A DNA stretch of 64,000 nt from Pseudogymnoascus verrucosus (taxonomy: Eukaryota). Below, in pieces: positions 14,902-26,322 of the stretch; the first letter of the stretch is position 1, and every line of letters starts with the position of its first letter. The position numbers and the translations under genes were made by a program. The DNA lies in assembly GCA_001662655.1 (NCBI GenBank), contig KV460226.1; one strand, written 5' to 3'. A model generated the notes under the pieces. The model was not told the origin of the DNA. It saw only the letters and a program-made list of their open reading frames with translations, and searched no databases.

Positions 14902-16246
14902 TCGGGGGAATAGATTAATCTGCCATATATTTGGCCCTCGTGCGCGCGCGGCAGGGAGGTGGAAGGAGGAGTGCAGGTGTAGTGGGCGTAATCGTGCATT
15001 GCTGTGCTGCTGTGGTGGAGCTGGAGCTGGGGCGATCTATCCCGGGAGGGAGGGCGCGGGAGGGATAGGGCTGGCTTGGCTGGGGAGGGGAGAGGATGTG
15101 GAGAGGGGGGACGGGGCGGCCACCAAGGCCATTTTGGGCAGACGATGATGAGATGATGCAGCGAGCGTTCTGTGGCTGCTGCTACTGCTGCGGCAGGCAC
15201 ATCTACGGAGGGCACTGACGAGCTGACGAGCTGAAAACACTTTTTTATTTCTTGCTTGTCTGTCTCCCCAGTGCGGAGTTTCCTTTTTGTCTCGGGTGCG
15301 AATCATACCAGCGCGTTCTTGTTGTCCGATGGGGTCCTGTTCGATTGCGCATACATGCTGCTGTCCGTCTAGGGAGGGGGGTGGTATAGACTTAAGACTC
15401 TAGTTTTCGAAAGCATTTTTTGTATTTTCTGAAGAGTGATTGATTGAGGGGGGGTTGATTTGATGTCTGGTGTGGTTTAATGCCTTGAGAGGTGAAACTG
15501 TTGAAGTATCCCAGGCGTCTGGGTTGGTGGTACAAGGTAATTCGCCATCCCAGTGTGCTCAGTAAGTAATCCAGTGAAAACCATCCGTATACGAAAACAT
15601 AAAGAACTGTACCGCGTCACAATTATAAATGAAATGAGGAAAAAGGAAATTATGATATTATCCAAAAAAGCAAACCCCAGCAAACCAACTTCCACACTTC
15701 GCGCTGTGGCGGTCTTTCACCCGTCCGTTGTGGCTGGTGTCTGTCGTCCCAGGTCCTCTAGCTTGCATTGAAATGACGAGCTCGCGCTTGCTTGCGAAAG
15801 GTGGAGTGGGGGTCCGGGGCACGAAACTTGGCCAGGGAACGCGAAACAAGCGAAATATATTTAAGCGGTCGGGAGACCACCGTGGTCGGTCAGCTAGGAA
15901 TGACATAGCTCCGTCTGTCGACAACTCTCTCCTCCATTTTCCCAATTCGTCAGACGCTACTTTAATTATCTCGACCTGATCGCGTTTTATAGAGAGTGGA
16001 TTTGTTCTTGAGCGTTCCGATTGATCTTCTGCGCGATACTAATAAGGATCTGCGACAACGGCGAGCTTGTCCACCTACCCGAAAATAAAAGGAGGTCTAC
16101 TGGGAGCTCAATCAAGGAAGTTGTAGGCTCAACACACCAGCCTTCGCAATTGAATTCTACGAAGCTACTATCTCTACAATCCCATTCAACACCGGGCCAA
16201 AACTCTTCGCGTCCCCTAACTTCCACCCAACCACCACACACACAAA

Positions 16247-17762
16247 ATGTCCTCCGCATCATCCCTCAACTCCGCCCCCCCCGCCGCCGCCGCCCCAGCC
16301 GGAAAACGCAAGCGCGACGCGCCCATCACCCTTCAACCCTCCTCTCGCGACGCCTCGGGCGAAGAAACCACCGCGCCGCCACTGAACCAGCATCACAAGA
16401 AAGGCGGGCCGGGAGGACTCGCGATCGAGACCCAGCGGAAGCGTCAGCGGTCCGGATTGGCGACGGAGAGGTCGGTGGGTAGTGCAGACGAGGAGGAGGA
16501 TGAGGAGAGCAGCAGTAGTGTTGGGCTGGGAGGGGATGCGATGGCGGCGCCGCCGGTGGGGAGGTTGACGGATCCGGTGGGGTATAAGACGAATGCGCCG
16601 CCTGAGGGGAGGGCGGTGAGGGTTTATGCTGATGGGGTGTTTGATCTTTTTCATCTGGGGTGAGTTTGGTGGCTTCTTTCTTCGTGATGGTGGGGTTGAG
16701 GTGTGTGTGCTGACTGGGGATAATAGACATATGCGCCAGCTCGAACAGGCGAAGAAGGCTTTCCCGGAGGTATACCTGATTGTTGGGGTGACGGGGGATA
16801 AGGAGACGCACAAGCGTAAGGGCTTGACTGTGTTGTCTGGACAGGAACGCGCGGAGACGGTGCGTCACTGTAAGTGGGTGGATGAGGTGATTGATAATTG
16901 CCCGTGGATTGTCACACCGGCGTTCTTGGAGGAGCACCAGATCGACTATGTCGCGCACGATGACCTGCCATATGGAGCGGACGAGGGCGATGATATCTAC
17001 AAGCCGATCAAGGAGGCGGGCAAGTTCCTCGTCACCCAGCGCACGGAGGGCGTTAGCACCACTGGGATTATCACGAAGTAAGCAACCCCCCCCCCAATTT
17101 CCCCCCACACACCCCGCTCATAACTAACCCCCCCTTCCCAGGGTCGTCCGCGACTACGAGAAATACATCGCGCGCCAATTCAAGCGCGGCACCTCGCGCC
17201 AGGAACTCAACGTCTCATGGCTCAAGAAGAACGAGCTGGACCTCAAGCGCCACGTGGGCGAGATCCGCGACTCCATCCGCAATAACTGGACCTCGACGGG
17301 CCAGGAGCTGGGGAAGGAGCTACAGCGCTTCTGGCAGCCTAGTCGGCCTGCTAGTCCGATGCGGGGGCTGAGCGGGGGGGCGGAGGGGGGTGCGGTGGGG
17401 AGTCCGAGGGCGTTGGGACATCTTAGGGAGAGGTTGGAGTTGCCGGGGGGGTGGGGAAATGGGAATGGAGGGGATTTTGCGACGGGGTATAGTTTGGGAC
17501 TTATTGGGGGGGTGAGGTCGTGGGTATGTGTTCTCTCCCTCTTGGGTTTATGGGTCGAGGAATCATGGATAAGGGCTAATGGGAGTAGATGACACGCAGC
17601 CGCTCGTCGAACAGGAACAGTCGCCAGGGAAGCGATGATAGCGATGCCGATGACAGTGATGAGAAATCCCCCAACGATGAGAAGTCGCCTACGAGGGGCC
17701 GCACGGGAAAGGCGGACACGACCGCGAGCACAAGCCGTGATGAGGAGACTGCACAAGCATGA
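16247..17762 (+). CDS. PCT1: Choline-phosphate cytidylyltransferase; introns ~16660-16725, 17078-17141, 17524-17588
   Basis: [25 protein letters not shown] (HxGH); RTEGVSTT; amphipathic C-terminal helix region. Confidence 0.96.
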
Positions 17763-18437
17763 ATAGTTCCAGATCCTTAATAGGCTTTTACGCTGCTGGA
17801 TCGAGTGGGGTGGGTAGTAGATAGAAAGGTTTTGCTCGTGGCAAGCGACCGTGTGTGTCTGGGAAATGTTGTTCTCTTCGAATCAGCTGCCGCGTAGCTG
17901 TGTGTTCAAACCAAGTTATTATTTTATTTCTCGTGGGTTTTTTTCTTGGCGCAATGGGAAAGCAGGGAGAGCGGTAGATAAAAATATTATAAAATGGCTG
18001 GATCGGATATATATGGCTTGTATTGTAGAAAAGTGGTGGGCGAGCAATGCTGATTCTGAAGGGGCCGAGGCTTCACGATGTTTTATCAAATTTCTTGGCT
18101 GTCTCTGGGCTCCTCTATGATGTCTTTGGCCGGCTGTCTTCCCCACGCTTGGTCTAGAGATGCAAGTGCTAAAGACTCGAGGCCTGTAAAGCGATCATCT
18201 TCATCCTCAAGCAGAAAGTTTTCAGAGATCCATTTCCCGTGTTGAGCACTCCCCGCACCTGTGCGGAGGCGGCTGTGGGTAAGTGGGGCAATAGCATCAT
18301 TTACCCCTCCTTATAAAGGTTTCAAAGATACGAGAAGCGCCCTCTTATCCTAACTCCAACCTCTATCATCAGAGTAGCTCTGCAAACATTACCAAGTAAA
18401 CCTCATTATCTCATATTTTAAACCATAACCACCCACC

Positions 18438-19437
18438 ATGTCCGCAAAAACCACCATCAAAGTCCCCCACCTCGGCGGCATCGACGTAGGTTACCGCCTC
18501 TCCAACAACAGCGTCGACGCCACAAAACCCACCGTCGTCCTAATCAACTCCATGTGCACGACCTCCTCCCTCTACAACGAGCAATTCAACAGCAAGTCCC
18601 TCACCGATGCCGTGAACCTCCTCGCCATTGAGCCGCTAGGCCACGGCGCTACTACCTCAGCCACAGAGCACTTCACGTATTGGGACACGGCGACTATGGC
18701 GTTGCAGGCTATGGAGGCGTTGGGGGTGGAGAAGGCTTTTGCGCTGGGGACTAGTCAGGGGGGGTGGATGGTTGTTAGGATGGCGTTGTTGGCGCCTGAG
18801 AAGGTATGTCTTCCCTGCGGTATTCTAAGAGCAAGAGTGTACTAACTACCACCAAGATCCTCGGTCTCCTCCCCCTCGGAACATCCATGGACTACGAATC
18901 CGCATCCTCGCGCGAGAAGGGTTGCTGGGACCCTAAGACCAACCTCCTCCCCTTCTACCTGAAGTGGTCCGTCCCCAACCCCGACTTCGTAGTCGACGCC
19001 GTCTGGTGCGGTATGGTAGGCAGCCTCGGCTTTTCCGGGACCGTCAGCGCGGAGACGCTGGCGTTCTGGGATGAGACGGTGAGGGAGGTGTATAGTGGGG
19101 AGGAGGGGAGGAAGAGGTTGAGGATGGCGGTGATTTGTCTTCTAGAGAGGGATGGGTTGTTGTTGAGGTTGAGGGATGTGAAGTGCCCTGTGTACTGGTT
19201 GCATGTGAGTATTTTCTTGCTGGGTTGAGATGGGTGGGAGGCGATGTGCTGATATGGGGATAGGGACCTGAGGATCCGGTGTTTAGCAAGACTATTCCGG
19301 AGGAGCAGATTAAGCTCTTTACGTCGTCGCCGGAGGCGACGCTGACGATTGTTGAGGGTGCGGGACATTATCTTAATGCTACGAGTCCCAAGGAGACAGA
19401 GGAGGCTATTTTGAAGATGGTCAGCAAGTACGCTTAA
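18438..19437 (+). CDS. Alpha/beta hydrolase, 3 exons
   Basis: LGHG; GTSQG nucleophile elbow; GPEDPVF (Asp) and GAGHYLN (His). Confidence 0.88.
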
Positions 19438-20074
19438 ATGTCATCATGGAGGGCTAAAGGATTCTTGTGGTTCTGGGGCCAGGAGTCAATATATAGGATT
19501 GGGCCTCAGGGGATGAATACTATGGATTGGAGCTTCCCCTTGATTTCTGTACATATCAATCACAGTACTGCATTTCATGTCTACTCCAACTAAAGTTGAA
19601 ATGCATTGCCACCAGTGCTATATCGCATCATTTGCTTAAAATGCGCCCAATGGTCTTTATTGGCCTTCATAGCTAGAGACCCGATGATAGAGATCGGATT
19701 TGGCGGGGATATTAGCGCGGCGCGGACCGCAGGACCAGCCATTTATTATTGAACCCTAGAGCGACCCCGCACCCCTTTCCTGCAGTATGCTACATACGGG
19801 AATACTCGAGCTATAGATACATATACTCATAATGAGTCTTATCGCGCTACGGAGCATGTCCCACAATTATTTATGGGTGTCCCTTTAACTGTACACCAAA
19901 GAATAAATATGAGACCCAAAGCCTCGAAAGTCAGATGTTTTGCCTGCAACAACTTTGGAGTTTCATAAGGCTTCACTGAGAAGAAAGAAAAATAGCCTTC
20001 ATCAATCGCTCATTCACGCCATTACGAAATCAATTCGAGGCCATATACCTTCAGACCTACTCCAACCACACACA

Positions 20075-21304
20075 ATGGATTCTCCCAACTACCCACTGCC
20101 ATCAGGGCTCCATCCCATCCCGCCCCATCTACTCGACTTACGCCCAGACTCCGAGGTTGACCATGATCTCCTACACCCCAAACCCGTCTCAGACGAGAAG
20201 AACGTCTGGTTTTTCTGGCACTCCGGCTACACGCAGATGCACCCCTACACCCAGCGAAACATCCGCGCCTGGCACCGGCGTTTCTCCAAGCAAGGCTGGA
20301 CCATTCGCGTTCTCGATAGGCTATCCCCTTACCCTTTAAATGTGGCGAACTTCCTCGATATCTCAGACCCGGATACTTTCCCCCGTGCCTTTGTGGATGG
20401 CACTATTGGCGGAGACTATGCGCCGCAGCATACATCTGACCTCGTTCGCTGGCCGCTCCTGCTGAAGTATGGCGGAGTATATGCGGATGTGGGGCTGATG
20501 CAGATTGGGGACTTGGATAGGATGTGGCGTGAGACGGTCGGCAATCCGGCTTCGCCGTTTGAGGTGTTGTCGTATAATATGGGAGGCGTAGAGGGGCGAG
20601 GTCTGACGAATTATTTCCTGGCGTGTCTCCCTAATAATCCGCTGTTTGAGCGATGCCATAAACTGTTCCAGGCTTTATGGGCTGAGGACGGCGGGAAAAC
20701 GAGCACCGACGGGATGCACAGCAGCCCATTGTTAAAGGGTCTGCCGATGATGGGAGGTTCATTTACGATTGAGGAGGAGGATAAAAAGATTGGACCGGAG
20801 GAGGTGAGCAAGATGTTGACGGATTATATCATTCAGGGGCAGGCTATGACAATGGTCATGGGCCTTGTTGACGACGAGGACGGCTGGAATGGACCTAAGT
20901 ACGTTGCTGAGCACGTATATGCCATCGACTACATGGTGGGTTCGCAACTCATCAACGAGATCACAGGATGGGATGGGCGGAAGGCGTTCGATCTGATGTC
21001 GCTGTCGCTTCCCAAAGAAGGTGAGACTGAGAGCGCGGAACAAAAACAGGCAAGAGAAATAGTCGAGGCTTGCCTAGGGAAGAGTTTTGGGTTTAAGCTA
21101 GCTCATGGGTTGATTTTGAGAGTTTTCAAAGAGACTTTGGGGTCGTTATGGAGGAAGCACGAAGGGTCAGACGATATCCCCGGGACGTATGCGCATTGGT
21201 TCAGGCACGGGACTACGTATTGGAACCAAGATGGACTACCGCCAAGGTTGGAATTTGAGGTCATTGAGCCGTTTAAAAGTGGCCCATTGCTGAGAGAGGT
21301 GTAA
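20075..21304 (+). CDS. Caps_synth/GT32-like glycosyltransferase (capsule polysaccharide synthesis family), intronless
   Basis: KNVWFFWHSG; QHTSDLVRWPLLLKYGGVYADVG; first good ATG at 20075. Confidence 0.85.
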   Translation: MDSPNYPLPSGLHPIPPHLLDLRPDSEVDHDLLHPKPVSDEKNVWFFWHSGYTQMHPYTQRNIRAWHRRFSKQGWTIRVLDRLSPYPLNVANFLDISDPDTFPRAFVDGTIGGDYAPQHTSDLVRWPLLLKYGGVYADVGLMQIGDLDRMWRETVGNPASPFEVLSYNMGGVEGRGLTNYFLACLPNNPLFERCHKLFQALWAEDGGKTSTDGMHSSPLLKGLPMMGGSFTIEEEDKKIGPEEVSKMLTDYIIQGQAMTMVMGLVDDEDGWNGPKYVAEHVYAIDYMVGSQLINEITGWDGRKAFDLMSLSLPKEGETESAEQKQAREIVEACLGKSFGFKLAHGLILRVFKETLGSLWRKHEGSDDIPGTYAHWFRHGTTYWNQDGLPPRLEFEVIEPFKSGPLLREV

Positions 21305-21470
21305 ATAGTGAGTTTTTGAAGGTGTAACGTGGACTTTATTTGGTTAGCTTCGAGAAGTAAATTTATATACTGATATTGGTAAGTTTACCAAGCAAACCCG
21401 CATATGTGACCTCATCCAGATCCTATCAAATTGTGAATATCCTTTTTCTGGCCTTTCTCCGCGGATATAA

Positions 21471-22973
21471 TAATCATGGTGCAGTTATGGTTCAGTAATC
21501 AGAATAGAGTTGCAACTTAACAACTAGTCTGGCCCCTAATTACTCAACTATCGTGGCCTTAATCCAACCACAGGCGAGAGCAATACGTCAAAATTTATCA
21601 CCTGAGCTTCTATAGGGCGCAACCACCTCACACAAAGCATTGGGGATGACGGATTATTCAGAAAGGATGGAACCGCGCATATAAAGTTTCCTGCGTCCCT
21701 CATTCTTCATTCATTACCTTTGTCGATTAAATTCATTCCATTACAAGACTGTCTCGAAAGCATTGTCACAAAATGCCAAGTTCCAAGGGAAAGATCTTGG
21801 TTATAGGTGGCACAGGTGCTCAAGGAGTACCGGTAGTAAAATGTATTACACTACTTCACTTCCATTGCTGTTGCTGACCCTTTCAGCTTTTGCGTCAGGT
21901 TCGAAATATGCCGTACGCGTTCTCACCCGAGATGCCTCATCTTCGTCTGCTTCTGAGTTGGCAGTAATACCTGGAGTGGAGATATTCGAGGGTGACTCCT
22001 ATGATGAAGCCACCCTTCGCAAGGCGTTTGTTGGCATTGATTACGCCTTTGTGAACACAAATGGCTTTGCCATTGGAGAAAAGGCGGAGATCTACTGGGG
22101 CATCCGCATGTACGAGCTTGCCCGAGAATTTGGCCTGAAGCATTTTATTTATGCCGGTCTCGAGTATGCTTCGAAACTCGGGAACTTTGACCCAAAATAT
22201 AGATGCGGCCATCTCGATGGGAAAGCCAAAGTTACAGACTACCTCTCCGCACAGCCGACAACCCCGATGGCGTGGTCAGTCTTGACCTCTTGTTTGTACA
22301 TGGAAGGGCTCTCAGAGGTGCTTGCCCCTCACCCTGATCCGAATAACCCTGGTACGCTCATCTTCGCAGCCCCTCTTGGGACTGCGAAGTGCCCTCTCAT
22401 ATATCTCAAAGATTATGGAGACTATGCCCGCTGGATGCTCGATACACCTGCTCGGAGCAACGGGTTGGTGTTGCACGTTGCTACAGAGGACATCTCCTGG
22501 AAGGATTTGACTGCTGCCTTCACAGAAGTGACGGGTATAAAGTCAGTTTACAAGGACATCACCTTGGACGAATATTTCAAGCTTGGAGTATTTGAAGACC
22601 CAGAGGCGAAGGTTGGGCATTCGGTTACCCGCAATGATCCTACGTTATTCACTATCCGCGAGAACTACTCGGGGTTCTGGAATACGTGGAAAGATGAATT
22701 GACTAAGAGGGACTACAAACTTTTGGATGAGATTTTGCCCACAAGAGTGAAATCTGTGAAGGAATGGATGAAGAAGACAGAGTATAAGGGGAAGTCAGCA
22801 CCAGTTCTGAAAGACTATCGTGATGGTGCTCGTACGAGAGGCGTTCGTCAGTAAAAAAAATGGAGCAGGCGGAACGTTGTCTAGGTATCATAAGCAGCAT
22901 TTCCCACGAAGAGATATAATCAGGGTGCAGTTAAGTTTTAGTAATCAGAATAGAGTTACAACTCAAAACTAGT
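21471..22973. repeat. Imperfect ~58-bp direct repeats (21471-21528 and 22917-22973) flanking the NmrA gene
   Basis: taatcatggtgcagttatggttcagtaatcagaatagagttgcaacttaacaactagt vs taatcagggtgcagttaagttttagtaatcagaatagagttacaactcaaaactagt (6 mismatches, 1 gap). Confidence 0.9.
21773..22854 (+). CDS. NmrA-like NAD(P)-binding protein; intron 21843-21887
   Basis: Spliced N-terminus MPSSKGKILVIGGTGAQG; VRVLTRD; EIYWGIRMYE; GHLDGK. Confidence 0.9.
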
Positions 22974-23140
22974 GTGATGAGGTGAACAGGTGATATTTAG
23001 GGTAATGGTCCTGAAATCTATATTTCTACGTATTTACAAGCAAACGTCATGTCATGCCACCTACATACTGCACAAAATGATATAAGAGAACTGGAAGCAG
23101 CATCTCCCCTGAGAGTGCAAGAAGCAATTGATCATCAAAA

Positions 23141-24190
23141 ATGCCGCCTGGAAATACTAAGCCGAGTCCACGGATAGCGATTATCGGCGTTTGCCAGGTC
23201 GGCGCCGCTGCTGCCAACGCGCTCATCCTCGGCTCCGTCGCGACCGAGCTGGTCCTAGTTGATGTTAAAGTTGACCTGAGAGACAGCCAGGTCCGCGATC
23301 TCTCCGATGTGACCTACAGCCGCAACAGCGCTACGAGCGTGCGAGCCGGCACGCACCAAGAGGCAGGGCAGTGCGACATTGTTGTCATTACCGCAGGGTC
23401 AAAGTATTCTTTAGGTAATAGATCAAGTTGATATCCTGGGGGCGCGAGCTTATGTGATTTGTCAGGTCAACCTAGCATCGACCACATGTACCGGAACATT
23501 GCGACTATTCGGAGTGCAATCAAAGCAATGAAGCCATTTAGATCAGACACCATCTTACTCGTCGTGGCGAACCCTGTCGATCTTCTCACGTCCCTTGCTC
23601 AAGAGCTCTCCGGACTTCCGGCATGTCAAGTTTTGGGCTCAGGCACCTTCCTGGACTCGGTGCGTCTTCGTGGGCTGTTGGCAGCCCAAGCTGGAGTACG
23701 TGCATAGAATTCCTACGTCCCCGTCCAAACGTCCTGATTAAGATAGGTCGCAGCCAATTCAATAGACCTCTACGTATTAGGTGTGCATGGCGATTCTCAA
23801 GTTGTTGCATGGTCGACTGCAACTATTGCTGGTGTTCGAGTCGAGAAATACCTCTTGCCTAGCATTTTCAACCATGCCGACCTTGAGAATGATTGCAAAT
23901 ACAGATCGCAGAGCGTTATCCAGGTTAAAGGGGCGACACCCTTTGGAACCGGCGCTGTTGTGTCTAGCATGTGTTCTTCTATTCTCTTGGACAAGCGGAA
24001 TGTTCGTCCCGTTAGCCATTTCCAAAAGGAGTTCGGTTGCTGTTTCAGCTTGCCTGTGGTCCTTGGGAGGAAAGAGATCATAAAGACCATTCAGATGCCG
24101 CTGAATGGCGACGAGAATGCTGATATAGCCAAGTCGGCGATGACGCTGAAAGGCATGATTGAGCGGATCAAAGAGGATCAGCAGGCTTAA
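23141..24190 (+). CDS. L-lactate/malate dehydrogenase-like protein, 3 exons, atypical motifs
   Basis: DIVVITAG; VANPVD; GSGTFLDSVRLR; GVHGDSQ; KGATPFG; introns ~23414-23465 and ~23696-23746. Confidence 0.9.
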
Positions 24191-24495
24191 AGGAAGTTAC
24201 CAAACGGAACCTACTGGTACCAAGTGGCTAGCTACAATGCAAGTCCATTCAGTGCTAACATCGCTGGCGGTGTAGGAAATGGGCGCATTCTAGTTCCCCA
24301 ATACTTACAAGGATAAAATTAAAAAATAAATGTATATTAGATACGGTAGGGGTGGCCCCCTACCCTGTGTCAAAATCAAAGGAGACAAAACTCTGGGGTA
24401 ATGGTAACATAGTCGTATATTGAGCTATATATAACCTTTTTGCAACATTATCCAACTACAAGCAACTATATTTCAATACTCCGTGTTGGTGTAAA

Positions 24496-24818
24496 TCAGC
24501 TGCAGCAACCTGTGGACTGGCACAAGAGAATGCACCCCAATCTCTGGATGCTGCAGTCGTGGCCAGGAGCGCAGGGCATATCTAGTAACTATTAGATTTC
24601 CGTAGATTTTGTTTCCACGCCCCCATTCCTGTACAGGGCTAGACATAACGCTTACCATTGTAGCAGTATGCATGGCAAGCTGAGCAGCCTGAGTAGGCGC
24701 ACTTCCGCGCCTCTAGTGTAGAACCGACGGCCGCGGCGCTCTTTGCCTCGACGGGGGAGGCAAGTACGACGCTGGAGAAAATAGCCGAGACAGCGACGAG
24801 GATGGTGATTAGCTTCAT
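24496..24818 (-). CDS. 82-aa secreted prepropeptide with a 10-Cys mature peptide (not in the ORF track); intron 24582-24655
   Basis: Spliced product MKLITILVAVSAIFSSVVLASPVEAKSAAAVGSTLEAR-KCAYSGCSACHAYCYNDMPCAPGHDCSIQRLGCILLCQSTGCCS*; GTAAGC donor, CTAAT branch, TAG acceptor; TATAAA ~105 bp upstream. Confidence 0.88.
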
Positions 24819-25853
24819 GGTGGCTTTATTCGAGTTTGATATTGACTGGTTTGGTTGTTGGCTGTTGAGGTAGATGAATGCAAGTGTGTTTGTCCGTTGG
24901 AAAGAAGTGCGAGCACGCCATCATTTATAGACCATATACGCCATAAAACTCCCCAATTCAAAAGAGTCTCTTCTGCGTAAGTGAGAGGCCATATCGTAAG
25001 TTGCCTTTTTTGAAGAAGCAATTCGGGAAACAACCTCTCCGTGAATTAAAAAGAGTCAGTTACGGGAGAGCGTAGTTATAAGGATCGTACTAATAAGCAT
25101 AACTTTATATTACGGGTGGCTTGCGTCTATAAATTCCACCAATAATCCAAGACGAGGCGGCGCCTCATGTAACATAAATGTTTATACCATGGTACTGTTG
25201 TCAAATCAACGTAAGAGCACCGCGAAATTAATACGAAGCATTGCTCGACCTCACCCTATCTACCCTGCTCCCTCGCCTCCTTCCTCTGCTCACCGTCGCA
25301 TTACTCTAAGATTACTCTAAGATTATCATTTAACCTACAATAAATCCAGATCCTATGCTAAATCCATTGACATGATTCGGGCAGAAAGCAAGTGAGTTGA
25401 AAACCTTCCTCTCTGTAGCTGTGTCGCATTGCAATTACCTACTGCAAGAAGCGGAGTTTGGATTTAATTGTCTGGAAGAAGATGACAAGGTGAGTCTGCT
25501 GATGGAATACAGCAGCGATTACTCGTGAGCTATTACTGACACCATCCGCATATCACACTCGACTAGCACAACGAACTGCGATTGAGCCGCTTACTCAGAG
25601 TCATAATTCTCCGTCCATTGAAAACGGATAAGACTGGTTCTATCTCATTAAATTACAACGCATAGCTATGGCATAGCTATGCTATAGATAGCTAGTGAGC
25701 TGCCAAACATCGCCCACCGTCGTTTGGCTCAGGCAGCCTGTGCCTAGGAATTAACCCCGCGGCGCAGTTTAGCATCTGTTAAGATAACTAACTACACGCT
25801 TCAAGGCCGAAGTCATAACTTCGTTGTGCCATGTGTGGGTTAGACGTGCTGGT

Positions 25854-26322
25854 TTAACATGGCCCAAGAGCAGCTGTAGTATCAAATTAGCAACAGCACA
25901 AATACGACATTTGATCTTTAAAAATAGAATGCACTTACCAATCGAGCAGCTGCTATCAGTCAGCGATCCACTGAGAAAGCAGGATCCGCCATCGTAGTGT
26001 AGCTGATCCCAAGTGCTGCGGACAATGTTAGCCATCTTAGCCACATGCTTGGCATAATTCTCACGCACCAGTTTCCATTGACACACTCGCCCTTCTTGTA
26101 GCATGAGAAGGCGTGCTTTGAACCGGCATCCACCTTCTTTGCAACAGGATAGTCGGTGCCGGGCCCAGTGCGACAATTTGCAGTGGTTCCAGCGCTTATG
26201 TTGATGACCTTACATGATATAGCTTTAATTACTTGGCACTGCTCGGTGGAGGATTCTGCGGCAGGCACGGCCAAGATGGTGGCAGGGAGGAGGAGGAGGG
26301 CAGCGGTGATAGAAAACTTCAT
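25854..26322 (-). CDS. 116-aa secreted Cys-rich protein with an SH3b-like domain; introns 26016-26068 and 25874-25938
   Basis: Signal peptide; NCRTGPGTDY..FSCYKKGECVNGNCTWD..CFLSGSLTD..AALGPC*; canonical splice signals. Confidence 0.85.

Noticed and set aside
24301..24308. ATACTTAC as the U1 snRNA 5' end
   Set aside because: Not followed by CTGG, U1 stem-loops or an Sm site
24345..24364. GGTAGGGG/CCCCTACC hairpin as a Helitron 3' end
   Set aside because: No correctly spaced CTRR terminus or matching 5' end identified
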